A DNA stretch of 64,000 nt from Thermoanaerobaculia bacterium (lineage in GTDB: Bacteria > Acidobacteriota > Thermoanaerobaculia > Multivoradales > UBA5704): NCBI GenBank assembly GCA_036503335.1, contig DASXXC010000419.1, positions 20,363 through 84,362 of the forward strand, written 5' to 3'. Shown here piece by piece: positions 62,321-64,000 of the stretch. The stretch's first letter is position 1; each line of letters opens with the position of its first letter. A program made the translations under genes and the position numbers. Under the pieces are notes generated by a model. The model made no database searches and was not told where the DNA came from. It was given only the letters and a program-made list of their open reading frames with translations.

Positions 62321-64000
62321 GCCCCGCCGGAGCCGGGTGGGGGACGGGGCGCCGCCGCTCCGCCAGGATGGGGACCACCAGCACCGTCGCCGCCACGCAG
62401 GAGGTGAGGCTGAGCGCCAGCAGGCCGCCCAGGCGGTGGTTCGCCGGCACCTGGGAGAGGAGCAGGACGGCGAAGCCCAGGACCGTGCTGGCGGCGTCGG
62501 TGAGGATGGCGGGCCCGGTCGCCTCCAGGGCCGCGGCGGCGGCGTCCTCACCCCGCAGCCCGCGCCGACCCAGGCGCTCCATCCGGTCGAGGAGATGGAT
62601 GGCGTAGTCGACCCCCACCCCCAGCGTCATGCCCGCGAACATCGAGGTGGCGACCCCCAGGGGGACCCCCCACCAGCCCAGGGCCGCGAAGTTGAGGAGG
62701 ACCGCGAACGCCGCCGGCAGCACGCAGAGCAGGCCGCGGCGGAGCGAGCGGGAGAGCCCGGCGGTCACCGCGAAGATCCCCAGCAGCGAGAGGGCCAGCG
62801 ACTCCACCTGGGTCGTCACCACCCCGGCGATCAGCGCCTGGCTCACCGCCACGTCCCCCGCGAAGCCCAGCCGGGCCCCGTGGGGCGCCAGGCGGTTCCG
62901 CTCCCAGGCGCGCAGGGCCGCCATCAGCCGGGCGGTCTCCGCGTAGTTGGAGCCGCGCAGGAAGACGGTCACCAGCCCGCGGGTCCGGCCGGCGTCCACG
63001 ATCCGGCGCAGGCGCTCCTCGCCCAGGGCGCGCCCGGTGTTGTGCCAGAGGATGTCCGCCTCTCGCGGCGAGCCCGGCAGCCGCCGGGGGCCCGCGGCGT
63101 CCGGCCGCATCAGGAAGGCGGCGGTCTCCAGCAGCTCCGCCGGTCCCGAGACCTTCCCCACGCCCGGCCAGCCGGCCAGGAAACGCTCGAGATCCCGCAC
63201 CCGCTCCAGGGTCGCCGGCACCGCCAGCGGCTCCAGCCGGATCTCCCAGGACACCGGCACGCCGGGGCCGGCGCCCAGCCCGAAGCGCGGCGAGCCGCCG
63301 GTCAACGGCCAGCTCAGGGCAATCCGGGGCCCCTCGGGCCGGACGGCCGCCACCCAGGACCCCCAGCGCGGACCGTCGGCGCGCCGGAGATCGAGGAAGC
63401 TCCCCGGGAGCCGCGCCGAGGGCATGCCGGCGGCGGGCAGGAGCAGGGAGCGGTCTCCCACCGCCGCGCCGTCCACCGTCCCCGACCGGTGGAAGCCGGG
63501 CGCCTCCACCACCACCCGCAGGAGGTTGGAGCCGGCGAAGTCGCGGTCGAAGCGGCGCATGGCGCGGGCGAAGCCGCTCGCCGGCGCGAAACCGTCCACC
63601 CAGCTGTCCTGCACCTCCAGCCGCCGCAGGCCGTCGGCCGCCAGCAGCGCGGCGAGAGCGGCGGCGGCCAGCACGGCCCGCCGCCGGTGGATGGCGAAAC
63701 GTCCGAGGGTGGAGAAGAGCCGCGCCGCCGGGGAGGGGCGGAGCGGCCGGCGGCGGGCGATCCAGCCCGGGGGGAGCAGGGCGAGGGCGGCGGGGACCGC
63801 GGTCAGCGATCCCAGCAGGCAGAGCAGGGCTCCGGCCGCCGCGAACAGCCCGAACGCCCGCACCGGCGCCACCGGGGAGAGCGAGAACGACAGGAACCCG
63901 GCCGCCGTGGTGGCCGCCGCCTGCAGCACGGGGGACTCCACCTCCGCGACGGCGGCGGCGGCGAGCTCCCCGGCCGTGGCCTCCGGACGCTCGTCCCGCA
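62283..64000 (-). CDS. MMPL/RND-superfamily transporter, 3' portion (the ORF continues past the right edge)
   Basis: C-terminal 12-TM-type half (GVDYAIHLLDRMERL...). The reading frame is open upstream of the annotated GTG through to position 64000. Confidence 0.75.
   Translation of the reverse strand, partial: RDERPEATAGELAAAAVAEVESPVLQAAATTAAGFLSFSLSPVAPVRAFGLFAAAGALLCLLGSLTAVPAALALLPPGWIARRRPLRPSPAARLFSTLGRFAIHRRRAVLAAAALAALLAADGLRRLEVQDSWVDGFAPASGFARAMRRFDRDFAGSNLLRVVVEAPGFHRSGTVDGAAVGDRSLLLPAAGMPSARLPGSFLDLRRADGPRWGSWVAAVRPEGPRIALSWPLTGGSPRFGLGAGPGVPVSWEIRLEPLAVPATLERVRDLERFLAGWPGVGKVSGPAELLETAAFLMRPDAAGPRRLPGSPREADILWHNTGRALGEERLRRIVDAGRTRGLVTVFLRGSNYAETARLMAALRAWERNRLAPHGARLGFAGDVAVSQALIAGVVTTQVESLALSLLGIFAVTAGLSRSLRRGLLCVLPAAFAVLLNFAALGWWGVPLGVATSMFAGMTLGVGVDYAIHLLDRMERLGRRGLRGEDAAAAALEATGPAILTDAASTVLGFAVLLLSQVPANHRLGGLLALSLTSCVAATVLVVPILAERRRPVPHPAPAGLRAVVVPESGGR

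Overview
This is a 64-kb, mostly high-GC (about 65-70% by eye) bacterial chromosomal segment with dense coding on both strands. I found no rRNA, tRNA or CRISPR array. The first ~12 kb is a compositionally mosaic accessory island that looks defence-related. It holds a partial trypsin-like peptidase on low-GC DNA, an IS1-family transposase followed by a ~22-bp tandem-repeat array, a GyrI-like protein, and a low-GC TIR-like/SLOG (COG4271-type) protein. A minus-strand gene string follows: a large P-loop ATPase (972 aa), a large adenosine-deaminase-fold protein (874 aa), a divergent Ham1/ITPase-like protein, a SIR2-like protein and a membrane-anchored EEP nuclease/phosphatase. The ATPase + deaminase pair matches the published RADAR (RdrA/RdrB) architecture. 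The co-operonic Ham1-like and SIR2-like genes are not part of any described RADAR locus that I know of, and this is the most interesting candidate system here. The rest of the window carries ordinary and accessory genes: OYE reductase with a MarR regulator, 6-phosphofructokinase, Nramp/MntH fused to UspA, two secreted beta-propeller proteins, an RND efflux triad, PAP2 phosphatases, a GH18 chitinase, a Rieske-FAD reductase fusion, carbamate kinase, an OPT transporter, PepT, a BNR/sortilin-like protein, a YhcG/DUF1016 nuclease, ketopantoate reductase, an ECF sigma/anti-sigma pair, TPR, peroxiredoxin, a beta-lactamase-family hydrolase and an MMPL transporter. Further notable items are a tight PspA/IM30 (ESCRT-III-like) + classical AAA+ (Vps4-like) operon, a response-regulator-LpxC fusion, a radical-SAM RiPP-like locus with two divergent GG-leader Cys-rich precursor peptides beside a B12-binding radical SAM enzyme, an ORF encoding seven NHNQT repeats beside the ECF sigma pair, paired 24-bp perfect palindromes, and a 3' remnant of asparagine synthetase. 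All domain calls come from my own reading of the translated ORFs (motif recognition); no database search was run.
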